This document shows, piece after piece, positions 1-12,121 of a DNA stretch of 45,312 bases. Made by a program: the position numbers and the translations under genes. Each line of letters begins with the position of its first letter. Position 1 is the stretch's first letter. Origin of the DNA: Octopus bimaculoides (taxonomy: Eukaryota). The stretch lies in assembly GCF_001194135.2 (NCBI RefSeq), contig NC_069006.1, positions 9,612,697 through 9,658,008 on the forward strand. Reading direction: 5' to 3'. The notes under the pieces were generated by a model, which did no database searches, was not told the origin of the DNA, and saw nothing but the letters and a program-made list of their open reading frames with translations.

Positions 1-24
1 TGTAATAAACCAGAAAATGGATTG

Positions 25-413
25 GTGCACAGGAGTGGCTGTGTGGTAAGTAGGTTGGTTACCAACCACATGGTTACAGGTTCAATCCCACTGCGTGGCA
101 CCTTAGGCAAGTGTTTTCTACTATAGCCTCGGGCCGACCAAAGCCTTGTGAGTGGATTTGATAGACAGAAACTGAAAGAAGCCCATCGTATATGTATGTG
201 CGTGTGTATGTTTGTGTGTCTGTATTTGTCTCCCCACCATTGCTTGACAAACGATGTTGGTGTGTTTACATCCCCATAACTTAGCAGTTCGGCAAAAGAG
301 AACCAACAGAATAAGTACTAGGCTTACAAAGAATAAGTTCTGGGGGTGATTTGCTTGACTAAAGGCGGTGCCCCAGCATGGCCACAGTCAAATGACTGAA
401 ACAAGTAAAAGAA
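25..413 (+). mobile_element. tRNA-derived SINE, family 'A' (octopus-type), full length
   Basis: tRNA-like head (GTGGCTGTGTGGTAAG...GGTTCAATCCC, A/B boxes), internal (TG)n and 3' end GACTGAAACAAGTAAAAGA. More than 10 copies occur in the window. Confidence 0.85.
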
Positions 414-452
414 TGAAAATTTAGGGGGAGATAAGCAGTAAAAGAAGCAAAA

Positions 453-930
453 GGACATTGGGTATTCGGTGGCATAGTGAGAGTTTCAAGAGAATGTTTT
501 TTGGTCGAAGTGCCTAACCTCACAGAAGAAACTTCAACTGAGCTGATAGAAAGGTGGATTTTTCCTGGGTCTCACGTAGTCAGCGATGGATGGTGAGCAT
601 ATAATAACATTGGTATCCTCAATGGTGGTGCCTACATGCATGAGGTGACTATACACCAATATTTTGTTGATCCTCACGATCAAGACATCCACAAACAAAA
701 TGTGGAAAATATGTGGATGCGGGTGAAATGGAAGTTGAGACAACAGTTTGGGACATTGGACGGATTGTTTATTTCATATCTGCTTGAGTTTCTCTGGCGT
801 AATTCCACTGCGAAAAAGAAGACATTTGTTCACTTTCCGGCAGTGATTGCCAGTCTTTATGCGTTGCATGAAGTTCTGTGTATGTTTTTTATGTTTCATA
901 GGGTTCACATACTGGGGACACGTTGTTCAT
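453..930 (+). mobile_element. Merlin (IS1595/ISXO2-like) DDE transposase relic, C-terminal half
   Basis: One frame reads GHWVFGGIVR...IFPGSHVVSDGW*AYNN...HEV..HQYFVDP...HKQNVENMWMRVK...FGT...SYLLEFLWRN, with one in-frame stop. Confidence 0.85.
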
Positions 931-957
931 TATCCTAACTAAGTCTGCTATCAGTAT

Positions 958-1284
958 ACTCTTTTACTCTTATTTGTTTCAGTCATTTGACTGTGGCCAT
1001 GCTGGAGCACCACCTTTAGTCGAGCAAATCAATCCCAGGACTTATTCTTTGGAAGCCTAGTACTTATTCTATCAATCTCTTTTGCTGAACCGCTAAGTTA
1101 CGGGGACGTAAACACATCACCATCGGTTGTCAAGCGATGGTGGGGGGACAAACACAGACACACAAACATACACACACACATATATATATATGCATATATA
1201 CGACGGGCTTCATTCAGTTTCCGTCTACCAAATCCACTCACAAGGCTTTGGTCGGCCCAAGGCTATAGTAGAAGACACTTGCCC
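958..1284 (-). mobile_element. SINE family A, truncated by gap
   Basis: Reverse complement of the 25-413 element. Confidence 0.85.
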
Positions 1285-1787
1285 NNNNNNNNNNNNNNNN
1301 NNNNNNNNNNNNNNNNNNNNNNNNNNNNNNNNNNNNNNNNNNNNNNNNNNNNNNNNNNNNNNNNNNNNNNNNNNNNNNNNNNNNNNNNNNNNNNNNNNNN
1401 NNNNNNNNNNNNNNNNNNNNNNNNNNNNNNNNNNNNNNNNNNNNNNNNNNNNNNNNNNNNNNNNNNNNNNNNNNNNNNNNNNNNNNNNNNNNNNNNNNNN
1501 NNNNNNNNNNNNNNNNNNNNNNNNNNNNNNNNNNNNNNNNNNNNNNNNNNNNNNNNNNNNNNNNNNNNNNNNNNNNNNNNNNNNNNNNNNNNNNNNNNNN
1601 NNNNNNNNNNNNNNNNNNNNNNNNNNNNNNNNNNNNNNNNNNNNNNNNNNNNNNNNNNNNNNNNNNNNNNNNNNNNNNNNNNNNNNNNNNNNNNNNNNNN
1701 NNNNNNNNNNNNNNNNNNNNNNNNNNNNNNNNNNNNNNNNNNNNNNNNNNNNNNNNNNNNNNNNNNNNNNNNNNNNNNNNNNNNNNN

Positions 1788-2335
1788 ATTAGATAACATT
1801 ATACATAATGATACAGTGGTACCTGCTCTAGATATAGAAACAAAGACTGGAATAGGATACAAAGAACCTGTGACAAAGCAAACAGGGTGAACACATGGTG
1901 TAAAACCGACAAATATCAAGGAGTGATGTTTGTAGAGGCCACAGCCCATGGAGATCTAGCCCGTAGATTTAGAAAAGCTCTGAAGGAGATCAAAATCAAC
2001 ATTAAGATTGTTGAAAAGCCAGGAAACTCCATCAGATCACAACTATGTAGGACGTACCCCTTTGAGAATACCATATGCACCAATGATAACTGCATGGTAA
2101 GTAGGATTAGCCCTGGCATTAACTGTAGAATTAGAAATGTAGTTTACACCATAAGATGCGTAGAAGGTGCTTGTAAAGACATGAACATGACATACATAGG
2201 GGGAGACATCTAGGAACGACTAAATGAACATCTGAGACAATATGACGACAAAAAACAATCCTCCATACTCTACCAATATGCCAAAGACCAACATGGAGGC
2301 AACCTGGGTCAACCTGACATCCGCATCTTATCCAA
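1788..2335 (+). mobile_element. Penelope-like element, GIY-YIG endonuclease region (relic)
   Basis: FVEATAHGDLARRFR...KIVEKPGNSIRSQL...C..C...NCRIRNVVYTIRC...TYIGG..*ERLNEH matches the PLE linker plus GIY-YIG pattern. Confidence 0.8.
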
Positions 2336-3444
2336 NNNNNNNNNNTGGTTGGTAAGCAAACTACTTACCACACAGCCACTCCTGCGCCTATATAAAAAAT
2401 AGCTTCACCCAAGGTATGTTAATTTTCATGTTGTGTGACAAAGCTGAGTGAACAACATATTTTGAAGTTATGGGTTTCATACAGAAATTCATGCACCACA
2501 TGTAGCTCTCTGGATATGATCAGAAAGATAGGGTTCAAGTATANNNNNNNNNNNNNNNNNNNNNNNNNNNNNNNNNNNNNNNNNNNNNNNNNNNNNNNNN
2601 NNNNNNNNNNNNNNNNNNNNNNNNNNNNNNNNNNNNNNNNNNNNNNNNNNNNNNNNNNNNNNNNNNNNNNNNNNNNNNNNNNNNNNNNNNNNNNNNNNNN
2701 NNNNNNNNNNNNNNNNNNNNNNNNNNNNNNNNNNNNNNNNNNNNNNNNNNNNNNNNNNNNNNNNNNNNNNNNNNNNNNNNNNNNNNNNNNNNNNNNNNNN
2801 NNNNNNNNNNNNNNNNNNNNNNNNNNNNNNNNNNNNNNNNNNNNNNNNNNNNNNNNNNNNNNNNNNNNNNNNNNNNNNNNNNNNNNNNNNNNNNNNNNNN
2901 NNNNNNNNNNNNNNNNNNNNNNNNNNNNNNNNNNNNNNNNNNNNNNNNNNNNNNNNNNNNNNNNNNNNNNNNNNNNNNNNNNNNNNNNNNNNNNNNNNNN
3001 NNNNNNNNNNNNNNNNNNNNNNNNNNNNNNNNNNNNNNNNNNNNNNNNNNNNNNNNNNNNNNNNNNNNNNNNNNNNNNNNNNNNNNNNNNNNNNNNNNNN
3101 NNNNNNNNNNNNNNNNNNNNNNNNNNNNNNNNNNNNNNNNNNNNNNNNNNNNNNNNNNNNNNNNNNNNNNNNNNNNNNNNNNNNNNNNNNNNNNNNNNNN
3201 NNNNNNNNNNNNNNNNNNNNNNNNNNNNNNNNNNNNNNNNNNNNNNNNNNNNNNNNNNNNNNNNNNNNNNNNNNNNNNNNNNNNNNNNNNNNNNNNNNNN
3301 NNNNNNNNNNNNNNNNNNNNNNNNNNNNNNNNNNNNNNNNNNNNNNNNNNNNNNNNNNNNNNNNNNNNNNNNNNNNNNNNNNNNNNNNNNNNNNNNNNNN
3401 NNNNNNNNNNNNNNNNNNNNNNNNNNNNNNNNNNNNNNNNNNNN

Positions 3445-3530
3445 GACATCCGCATCTTATCCAAGCACCCAAAAGACCCAACACTCAGATAAATACGTGA
3501 GTACATCCTTATAAATGAAACTTCCCCAAT
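3445..3530 (+). mobile_element. Continuation of the Penelope-like endonuclease
   Basis: DIRILSKHPKDPTLR*IREYILINETSPILNR. It starts with the same 20 bp that end the 1788-2335 piece. Confidence 0.7.
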
Positions 3531-3629
3531 ACTAAATAGGAAATATACATATTAGATATCATACCCCCATAGCCACAGTTTATACAGTTAGAGTAGAATA
3601 GTTAGTGGACTGTTATGTAGATAGATGTC

Positions 3630-4160
3630 TATACATATGTGTGTATGTGTGGGTGTATGCGTATATGTGTATATGCACATGTATGCAAGTATATGGATAT
3701 GAAAGTAAACAGATCAACATACAGATGGATAGGTACATAGGTTATATGAACAGACAAACACACATACGCAAATGAAGACTGAAACACATGACCATATATA
3801 CACACACACACACTTTACTTCACACAAGGACACATATGGAGACACGTGTCCACAGATATGGAGATGCACATCCAAACATACAAACACAATACATAGTTGC
3901 AAAACACACACCCACTCAGACATGTACACACAAGGAGACAGAGGTGCATACATATACAAACACATGCATGCACACACACACACACACACACACATACATA
4001 AAAACACACAAACATGGACACGTAAGCCCATGAACATGCAGAATACATACATACAGATGCACACACATACATACATATATACATATGCATATACACACAT
4101 ATATACATGCATGCAAGCAAGCATAGGCACACACACACACACACACTGACCCACACATGC
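3630..4160. repeat. Degenerate (CA/TA)n low-complexity tract
   Basis: Directly visible. Confidence 0.9.
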
Positions 4161-4628
4161 ACAAACAAACAAAAAAGGAATGCAGTGTAAATAACGGACA
4201 AAGTCAAGACTATTGAAAAGGTTGCAAGACGCAACGAAAATTATATATATATATACACACACACATACACACACTATGGGCCTTTTTCAGTTTCTGTCTA
4301 CCAAATCCACTCTTGAAGCTATAGCAGAAGACACTTGCCCAATGTGCCACGCCATGGGACTGAACCCAGAAACATGTGGTTGACAAGCAAATTTTTTGCT
4401 GTTTGGTTTCAGTCATAGTAAGAGCAGTGATGTTATTTTGTTCATATTCTATTATTGTTGAGAAGGGAGCATCAAAAATGGGGAGAAAAAAAACAAAAAA
4501 ATTAAAATGAGTGAGTGACCAAGAAAAAGAAAAACAGAGAAAGTAGACATTTTACTGTTTGCCTTCCAATTGTGCTAAATTGTCAACAGAAATATAAGGG
4601 AAGGAAAGCAAATTCAGTCATTGTAAGA

Positions 4629-4841
4629 CAGGGTTTTCCAACCAGGGGTGCTCGTATCCCTTGGTGGGGTGAGATAGCATTCCAGGGGTTGTGAGCAGGG
4701 CCGGATTTATGGGGGGGGGGAGTCAAAGAGGGCAATTGATCTGGGCACCTTTATTCTTATATAAATTATTACTTTAAGGGGTGCGAGAACACATTAAAAG
4801 TTTTTAGGGGTGCAGGGCATAAAAAAATTTGGGAACCACTG
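4629..4841. mobile_element. hAT-type MITE
   Basis: Termini CAGGGTTTTCCAA...TTTGGGAACCACTG, with an 8-bp TSD TTGTAAGA/TAGTAAGA (7/8 identical). Confidence 0.7.
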
Positions 4842-5079
4842 TAGTAAGAGCAGTGATGTTATATTCTTTGTATTCAATTATTTTTGGGAAGGGAGCACCA
4901 AAAAGGGAAAGACAGAGAAAGCGGATAAAGCAAGCAATAAAACATCTGCTGGCCTTTCAGCCATGTTAAGCCAGCAGATGCATTGCCAAGTTTGTTTCCT
5001 CTTGAAGTGCTGATGTCTGTTTTATTGCTCTCTGATATAATTTGTACGAGATTATTCGGGACAGAAGAGTAGACATTTT

Positions 5080-5465
5080 ATCTTTTATTTTCTACTGGTT
5101 TCAATCAGTAGATTGTGGCCATGCTGGGGCACCACTTTAAATAAATAATTTTTAGTCAAATGAATCTACCCCAGTACTTTTTTTAAAGCCTGGTGCTTAT
5201 TCCTTTGGTCTCTTGTACCGAACTGCTAAGTTACAGGAACGTAAACACACCAATACTGGTTGTCAGGCATTGGTGTAGGACAAACACACACACACACACA
5301 AGTACACAGACACACACATACACTCACACACACACACACACACAATGGGTTTTTTTCAGTTTCCCTCTATCAAGTCCACTTACAAAGTTTTAGTCGGCCT
5401 AAGGCTATAGTAGAAGACTAGACCTGGAACCATGTGGTTGGGAAGCAAACTTCTTACCACACACA
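5080..5465 (-). mobile_element. SINE family A, diverged
   Basis: Reverse-complement similarity to 25-413. Confidence 0.75.
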
Positions 5466-6045
5466 CGCTTGCTTTCTAAAAAGATTTAACCAATGGAGAG
5501 AGTATTTTTGATCCCTTATTAAGACTTGAATTCAGTCAGGTGACCTCAGAATTTTCTTGACTATTTCACATAGAGTGAAAAGAAGAAACCAGTAATTTGT
5601 GTGTGTGAATAAAAAGTAAAGCTTTCATCCATTCGTTCATGCCAATGCTTTAAAATTTAATTTTAAATATTTAAAGTTATCTAAGAAAGGTTACATAAAA
5701 AAGTAAACTCACACCTAAATTATCTATTAGCTTTCAGTCACCCCCAGGATGGCAAAAGGGTCAATTAGTTAAGTTTTCTCTCTACTTTCCCCAACTTTGA
5801 AACAGAGAAGAAGAATATTATCATTCTCAGAAAAGAGAAATCAAAGCTTAAGCTGAAAATCAAAACCGAAGTGGGCAGCAAGGAATGCCATCGTTATTCT
5901 GATTGAAAGTATTATGAATAGTCTGAGTAGATTAAGAGATGACCCATTTTGAACAAATTTCTCTGTTTCCCATGTCGGTTAGTTTGTCAGAATGAGAACA
6001 CATTTTCTCAGCTTTGAAGTGATATCGAACACGAATATCACTTAC

Positions 6046-6311
6046 AAGTGATATTCGAAATGAAATTGTTTAATTGTATGGCTGTTACAAGTGAAAGTGT
6101 AATTAAGCCAACGATCGAAAGAAACAGCATTTGTTGCTGTTATGTTTGGTAAGACTACAGACCTTTGAATGGAATTGTAACTGTTACACATTTTGCGATT
6201 TATTGATGAGAAGGAAGGGCTTCGAGAAAGGTTTAGTGGGTAAATGGATGTCAGTAAAGACAGAAAAAGCCACATCACTGATAGAAGCTGTACATTGTTA
6301 TACACATTCAC
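6046..6311 (-). CDS. Candidate first coding exon of a secreted or membrane glycoprotein (unknown)
   Basis: ATG-initiated 88-codon ORF in non-repeat DNA, with a hydrophobic N-terminus (LLSVMWLFLSLLTSIYP), three N-x-S/T sites and a GTAAGT donor at 6045 (phase 2). No downstream exon was found. Confidence 0.3.
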
Positions 6312-6621
6312 CTAATTTGGTACTCTCTCAATCAGCTTCAAGAGTTCGTCAATGTTGAATTTTCTTCCAAACTCTAAAAAAACTTTCAACTTTTTTACCT
6401 CAAAGTCAAAGGCTTGAATGGTCCCTACTGGATAAAATCATTGGAAAGCGATTTCCAAAGTTATGTGTACATTTCTTGTGTCTTACTAACTACTTCAAAA
6501 CGGTGCATTGTAGGGGCAGGGAGTGGGGGGTGGAAAGCTGTTTTCATTTTCAGACTCCCATATCTCAAAAGCATATATAATACTACACTTTTCACAGAAA
6601 ACAGGGGAGGGTGGAACACTC

Positions 6622-6631
6622 GGGAATCCCC
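6622..6631 (+). promoter_or_regulatory. kappaB-consensus decamer GGGAATCCCC
   Basis: Fits GGGRNYYYCC and lies about 310 bp upstream of the 6311 ATG. This is a motif match only. Confidence 0.2.
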
Positions 6632-6705
6632 CCACAAACGTCAGTAGGTGGGGGGGAGGGGCTGACTTTATGCCCTAGCTTCCTAGTCACCCTTCATCAC
6701 TGATA

Positions 6706-6737
<32 letters not shown>

Positions 6738-6962
6738 TACTTCGGTGTGAATAGTTTTTTTTATACAACACCGTGTAAAGGTAACACAGTTGCATTAACA
6801 AAGGGATGTGGGTTTGACTCCCACGTGGATGGGATACCCTTCTTTTTTCTGTCATGGGCTTATATGCCCCTTTATTAGACTATTTTCCTTAGTCATTGCA
6901 TGGTGATCGCCATAAGCTTTAAGCTTATATAAAAATACTATTATATATATATATATATATAT

Positions 6963-7620
6963 AGGGAGAATTCACAAAAAAAAAACAACAGACGAAGACA
7001 GATGATATAGAAAACAAACAGATGTATTAGTATAACACTTGGGAATTGAAAACGTCTTTTAACGTTTTGAGCCTATGCTCTTCCACAGAAAGGAACACAG
7101 AAAGAAACAAGGAGAGAAAAATGTGTGTAGTGGTTAGCGATCTATCATGGCGAATGCCAGACAGAAGGGTCACACAGGAGAGTTAAGAAGAAGGGGAGAT
7201 AACAAAGTAGTAGTGATCCCAAAAACGAAGGTGTACGTGTGTAAGAGAGTGCTGGTGATCTTGATGAGTGCATGTGTGTATGTGTAGGTGTGAAAATGTG
7301 GGGATGGGAATTGGTCANNNNNNNNNNATATATATAAGGTGAATTCCATTAGGAACATTGTAGAGTACAAAATAGAGCTCGTTCACCTTTAGAATTACCA
7401 AATAGCCAGTAGTATTATGTTATACTTCCAAGTCTAACTGATGAAAAATGCCTAGAAACTCTCAGCTCTGGTACTTGAAACTCAGAGTATTATTATGACA
7501 ACTTTCTGATTGTCCTATATTATATATTATATATATATATACATAAATTCTTCTATTTACAATAGTATCGAGGTCTCATTCATTCTTTTGTCATTTGATT
7601 ATTGTTATTATTATCAATAT
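6963..7620. mobile_element. Penelope-like terminal-repeat-type element with hammerhead-like motifs
   Basis: Two CTGAnGA...GAAA-like motifs in opposite orientation (about 7050-7090 on minus, 7432-7499 on plus), split by a small gap. Confidence 0.5.
7432..7499 (+). ncRNA. Degenerate type I hammerhead ribozyme motif
   Basis: TAA-CTGATGA-[10 nt]-GAAA, stem III ACTCTcAG/CTCAGAGT, GUA triplet, then TTA (short stem I). The stem II closing pair is broken. Confidence 0.5.
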
Positions 7621-8588
7621 ATATATTTATATATATAACGGGCTTCTTTCAGTCTCCATCTACCAAATCTACTCAGAAGGCTTTGTTTGGCCTGAGGCTA
7701 TAGTAGAAGACACTTGCCCAAGGTGCNNNNNNNNNNNNNNNNNNNNNNNNNNNNNNNNNNNNNNNNNNNNNNNNNNNNNNNNNNNNNNNNNNNNNNNNNN
7801 NNNNNNNNNNNNNNNNNNNNNNNNNNCGACCTCATCAGACTTTCTTTGTAAATCCTGTGGCGAAAAGGAAAGAAGCAACAGGGACAGGTGAAGGATGCTG
7901 CCTCTGGAAGTCTTCAGCTTTGACTCCGTGCATAGGCAGTCATGGGGAGATGGAGTGTTGTGTTCTTGAGCAAAACACTTCACTGCACATTGCTCTCCTA
8001 TTATTTCAACATCTGACATNNNNNNNNNNNNNNNNNNNNNNNNNNNNNNNNNNNNNNNNNNNNNNNNNNNNNNNNNNNNNNNNNNNNNNNNNNNNNNNNN
8101 NNNNNNNNNNNNNNNNNNNNNNNNNNNNNNNNNNNNNNNNNNNNNNNNNNNNNNNNNNNNNNNNNNNNNNNNNNNNNNNNNNNNNNNNNNNNNNNNNNNN
8201 NNNNNNNNNNNNNNNNNNNNNNNNNNNNNNNNNNNNNNNNNNNNNNNNNNNNNNNNNNNNNNNNNNNNNNNNNNNNNNNNNNNNNNNNNNNNNNNNNNNN
8301 NNNNNNNNNNNNNNNNNNNNNNNNNNNNNNNNNNNNNNNNNNNNNNNNNNNNNNNNNNNNNNNNNNNNNNNNNNNNNNNNNNNNNNNNNNNNNNNNNNNN
8401 NNNNNNNNNNNNNNNNNNNNNNNNNNNNNNNNNNNNNNNNNNNNNNNNNNNNNNNNNNNNNNNNNNNNNNNNNNNNNNNNNNNNNNNNNNNNNNNNNNNN
8501 NNNNNNNNNNNNNNNNNNNNNNNNNNNNNNNNNNNNNNNNNNNNNNNNNNNNNNNNNNNNNNNNNNNNNNNNNNNNNNNNNNNNNNNN

Positions 8589-8629
<41 letters not shown>

Positions 8630-9021
8630 CGTGTGTGTATCTGTGTTTGTCCCCCCACCATCGCTTGACAACTGATGCTGGTGTGTTTATGTCCCCGTAA
8701 CTTGGCGGTTCAGCAAAAAGAGACCGATAGAATAAGTACTAGGCTTACAAAGAATAAGTCCTGGGGTTGATTTTCTTGACTAAAGGCAGTGCTCCAGCAT
8801 GGCCGCAGTTAAACGACTGAAATAAGTAAAAGAGTAATCACAAGATAATCCCAGTTTTGGCAAGTTTCCCCAGACTGCTGAGAACTGTGAATACTATAAG
8901 GCTGTGATGTGACTAATACTAACACAATTGCCGTTAGTACGATGCACTATCCAGGGCCTGTCTGTTGGTCAATGTAAGGCAGCGAAAGAGAAAGGGAAAA
9001 AAGTTGTTTGGTTAGACTCAC

Positions 9022-9083
9022 CATCATTGGACAGCTTCAGTTTCTTTGAACTCTCATCTTGGCTTGTCACTTCTGTGTTGGGC
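9022..9083 (-). CDS. Host gene exon (basic linker): (R)PNTEVTSQDESSKKLKLSND
   Basis: (CT)n tract with TAG acceptor and GTGAGT donor. Phase 2 in and phase 1 out, matching the upstream exon. Confidence 0.75.
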
Positions 9084-9454
9084 CTATCACAATAAGTGAG
9101 AGAGAGAGAGAGAGAATTAGAAAGGAACATTAATTTTTGAGAGGTTATCCTTATATATAGTGGACGTACATCGATTAGGGATTAGTGTTTCGGATTCATG
9201 ATTGTGTGTTGTGTTCTTGAGCAAGACACTTCATTCTACGTTGCTCCAGCCCACTCAGCTGGCAAAACTGAGCATTCCTGTGATGGACCGGTATCCCGTC
9301 ATGGTGGGTGGGGGAGTATATACCCTACACCCCACAAAATACAGAAAACTGATCTTATAGAGCCTATGGTTTGGCAAGGATCTTTCAACCCTTTCCGAAG
9401 CATGTATATACACATGTATATCTTGTGCATATATGCATGTATACATGAGTGCAT

Positions 9455-9692
9455 GTGGGTGTGTTATTTCTTTACTACCTACAAGGGGCTATACACGGAG
9501 GGGACAAACAAGGACAGACAAACGGATTAAGTTGATTATATCGACTCCAGTGCATAACTGGTACTTATTTAATCAACCCCGAGAGGATGAAAGGCAAAGT
9601 CGACCTTGGCGGAATTTGAACTCAGAACATAAAGACAGACGAAATACTGCTAAGCATTTCGCCCGGCGTGCTAATGTTTCTGCCAGCTCGCT
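9455..9692 (-). mobile_element. tRNA-derived SINE family 'B'
   Basis: Head GCGAGCTGGCAGAAAC...CTGAGTTCAAATTCCGCC. Copies at 22986, 28461, 35620, 38085 and 38320. Confidence 0.85.
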
Positions 9693-11096
9693 GCATTGTG
9701 TGTATGTATGTATATATATGTGAAGGCGTATGGTTTATTGGTTAGGGGTGTTGGGACTCATGACTAAGATTGTGGTTTCAATTCCTGGATTGGGTGATAT
9801 GTTGTATTCTTGAGCAAGACACTTCATTTCACACAGCTCTGGTCCCCTCGGCTGGTAAAAATTTGCAACTCCCAAGATGGACCAGGGTCCCATCCAGGGA
9901 GGAATATATACACAAAAGAAACCAGGCAACTGGGCCTATGCTCCTTAAGGAGTAATGTGGACTATTCACCATCACACATATACCCTTCCTCATGCTGTTG
10001 ATGCTACTTAGCATTGGCCAGTCATTCATCATTTTATCTCCCCAGGGTGGGGATGTGTGTCTTTGTCTTTTATCATATTACTTGTTTCAGAAGAACAGGG
10101 TGGGGTGGGGAGAGGAAGGATTAACTCTTCAGCATTCAGATTACTCTGTCAGATTACTCTGCACAAAGGTGCAGGCATGGCAGTGTGGTAAGAAGCTTGC
10201 TTCCTAATCACATGGTCCTGGGTTCAGTCCCACTGTGTGGCACCTTGGGCAAGTGTCTTCTACTATAGCCTCAGATTAAACAAAGCCTTGTGAGTGGATT
10301 TGATAGGCGGAAACTGAAAGAAGCTTATCATATATACATATATATATTGTTGCTTTCTCAGAAAATGAATAAATGGTTTCACCATTCTATTTCTTTTTAC
10401 ATTAGCAACAGTTTCAGCTTAATAATAATACTTTGTTGGGTGCAAAAAATCGTAACTCCATGCATGTATGATATTTTCAGTCAGAAATATTTTTGCAAAA
10501 CTGTCGTATGCAGGACTTACTACAATTTTGAAAAATGCTAAACTGTTGTACTACACTTTGACAATTTTCATAGATTGGCATCTGAAGCAGTTGGAGATGG
10601 GATAGTTTGACCAAAAGAACCGGCTATTGCAAGCGAAATTAAATATTGGAAAAAACACATTTGGACATACGACAGTTTAACATAACAGCAACGATTTGTA
10701 TATATATTTATGTGTGTCTTTGTGTCCGTGTTTGTTCCCCCACCATCACTTGACAACTGATGTTGGTGCGTTTATGTCACTGTAACTTAGCGGTTTGGCA
10801 AAAGAGACAAACAGAAGTACTAGGTTTACAAAGAATAAGTCCTGGGGTTGATATCTTTGACTTTAGGACAGTGCTCCAGCATGGCTCCTGCTGGAACAAG
10901 TAAAAGAATAAAAAAATTGTCTTGAATTTGTCATACATTATCTCGTAGCTTTGAGATTTTAATGATGCGATTGTATATTTCTGGAATGACATTGTAGGAT
11001 AGGTGCAAGTGGCCTGATCTGTCCAGTTTAAACATAGAACAGGAAGAATATTTGGGCCTGAAATGGCCAGTTTGAATAGTAAAGGGTTCATCTTAC

Positions 11097-11240
11097 CTTT
11101 TGGTGTGAGTGTAAATGGAGCGAGGTAGACGGAAGAGGATCGAAGTGCCACGGAATTTCAGGTTGCCAACGGCTACCAGAAAATTGTTGAGAGGAATACT
11201 GGAATGGTGTACATCGGTTTTGTCATCATCATGAAACAAC
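11097..11240 (-). CDS. Host gene exon: (K)LFHDDDKTDVHHSSIPLNNFLVAVGNLKFRGTSILFRLPRSIYTHTK
   Basis: CAG acceptor and GTAAGA donor, 144 nt, phase 2/2, open in the required frame. Confidence 0.85.
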
Positions 11241-12121
11241 CTGAAGTTGGCAAATCATCATCATCATTATAAATGATTAAAATTTATAACAGGGTGAGAG
11301 AGATGTGAGGTTGTGATGGTCATGCATTTATCTGTGAAGGTTATCATTTGGTGATGGAATTGAAATGTAGCATGGATAAAGTGTTGGTCAAGCTATATGT
11401 AGATCAGTGGTCCACTGTGTTATTGCTACAGAGCCTAGGTTCCACCAGGAATGGGGACAAGACAAGAAAAAGTCAAGGTCAAGATTTGTCACTTGTCCCC
11501 ATGATTTTATCTGCCTCTCATTTTTCTCACCCCTACCCATGCATTTTTGCAATCCCACCCCATCCCCACCTTCCCTGATTCTTCTGGCTTCACTCATCAG
11601 CATCGTTTTCCATCCATGTTCCATGCTGGCATGGGTTGGCTGTTTTAATAGGACGCAATGGGTCTAAGGCCTGCATCATGCTGCAGGGATTACTTTGGTA
11701 TGATTTCTATAGCTGGAAGCCCTTCTTAATCCCAACCGTTTTACGGAGTGTACTGGCACCATTCTCTTGATACCAACACTAATGAAGTTGCCATGAAGGG
11801 GGAAACTTTATACTGGGAGAATAAGGAGCTTAGAGGGGGAAAGTATGAGAGGAAAGGGCCAGAGCAGACTCACATTTTTGAAGAGAGGGTGGTGAAAAAG
11901 TGATAAAAATGTGTTGATGGGGGAATATTTCTTCTGTGTGGAGTTCGTGAGTTGTGTATGTTCAACGTTCATGTTCAGAGAAAGAAGCTATCCTGGTTGG
12001 GTGGTGCTTCCTCTTTGTACATATGTAAATGTAATAACATGGGATACAAAAAGATGGACCAAAATTATAAAGGCAGACAAGATGATGACAAAAGAAATTT
12101 AATTAAAGAATTTTCGTTTAC

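Noticed and set aside
25-110. tRNA genes at SINE heads (families A, B and D)
   Set aside because: They continue into SINE bodies and do not form complete cloverleaves.
3629-4274. Overlapping Cys/Val/Tyr- or His/Thr-rich ORFs (also at about 25.8-26.4 kb, 30.7-31.0 kb and 43.4-43.8 kb)
   Set aside because: They are translations of (CA/TG/TA)n microsatellites.
6399-6427. Mini-exon (V)GTIQAFDFE as the next host exon after 9022
   Set aside because: It has no motif support, and no further phase-compatible exon was found to its left.
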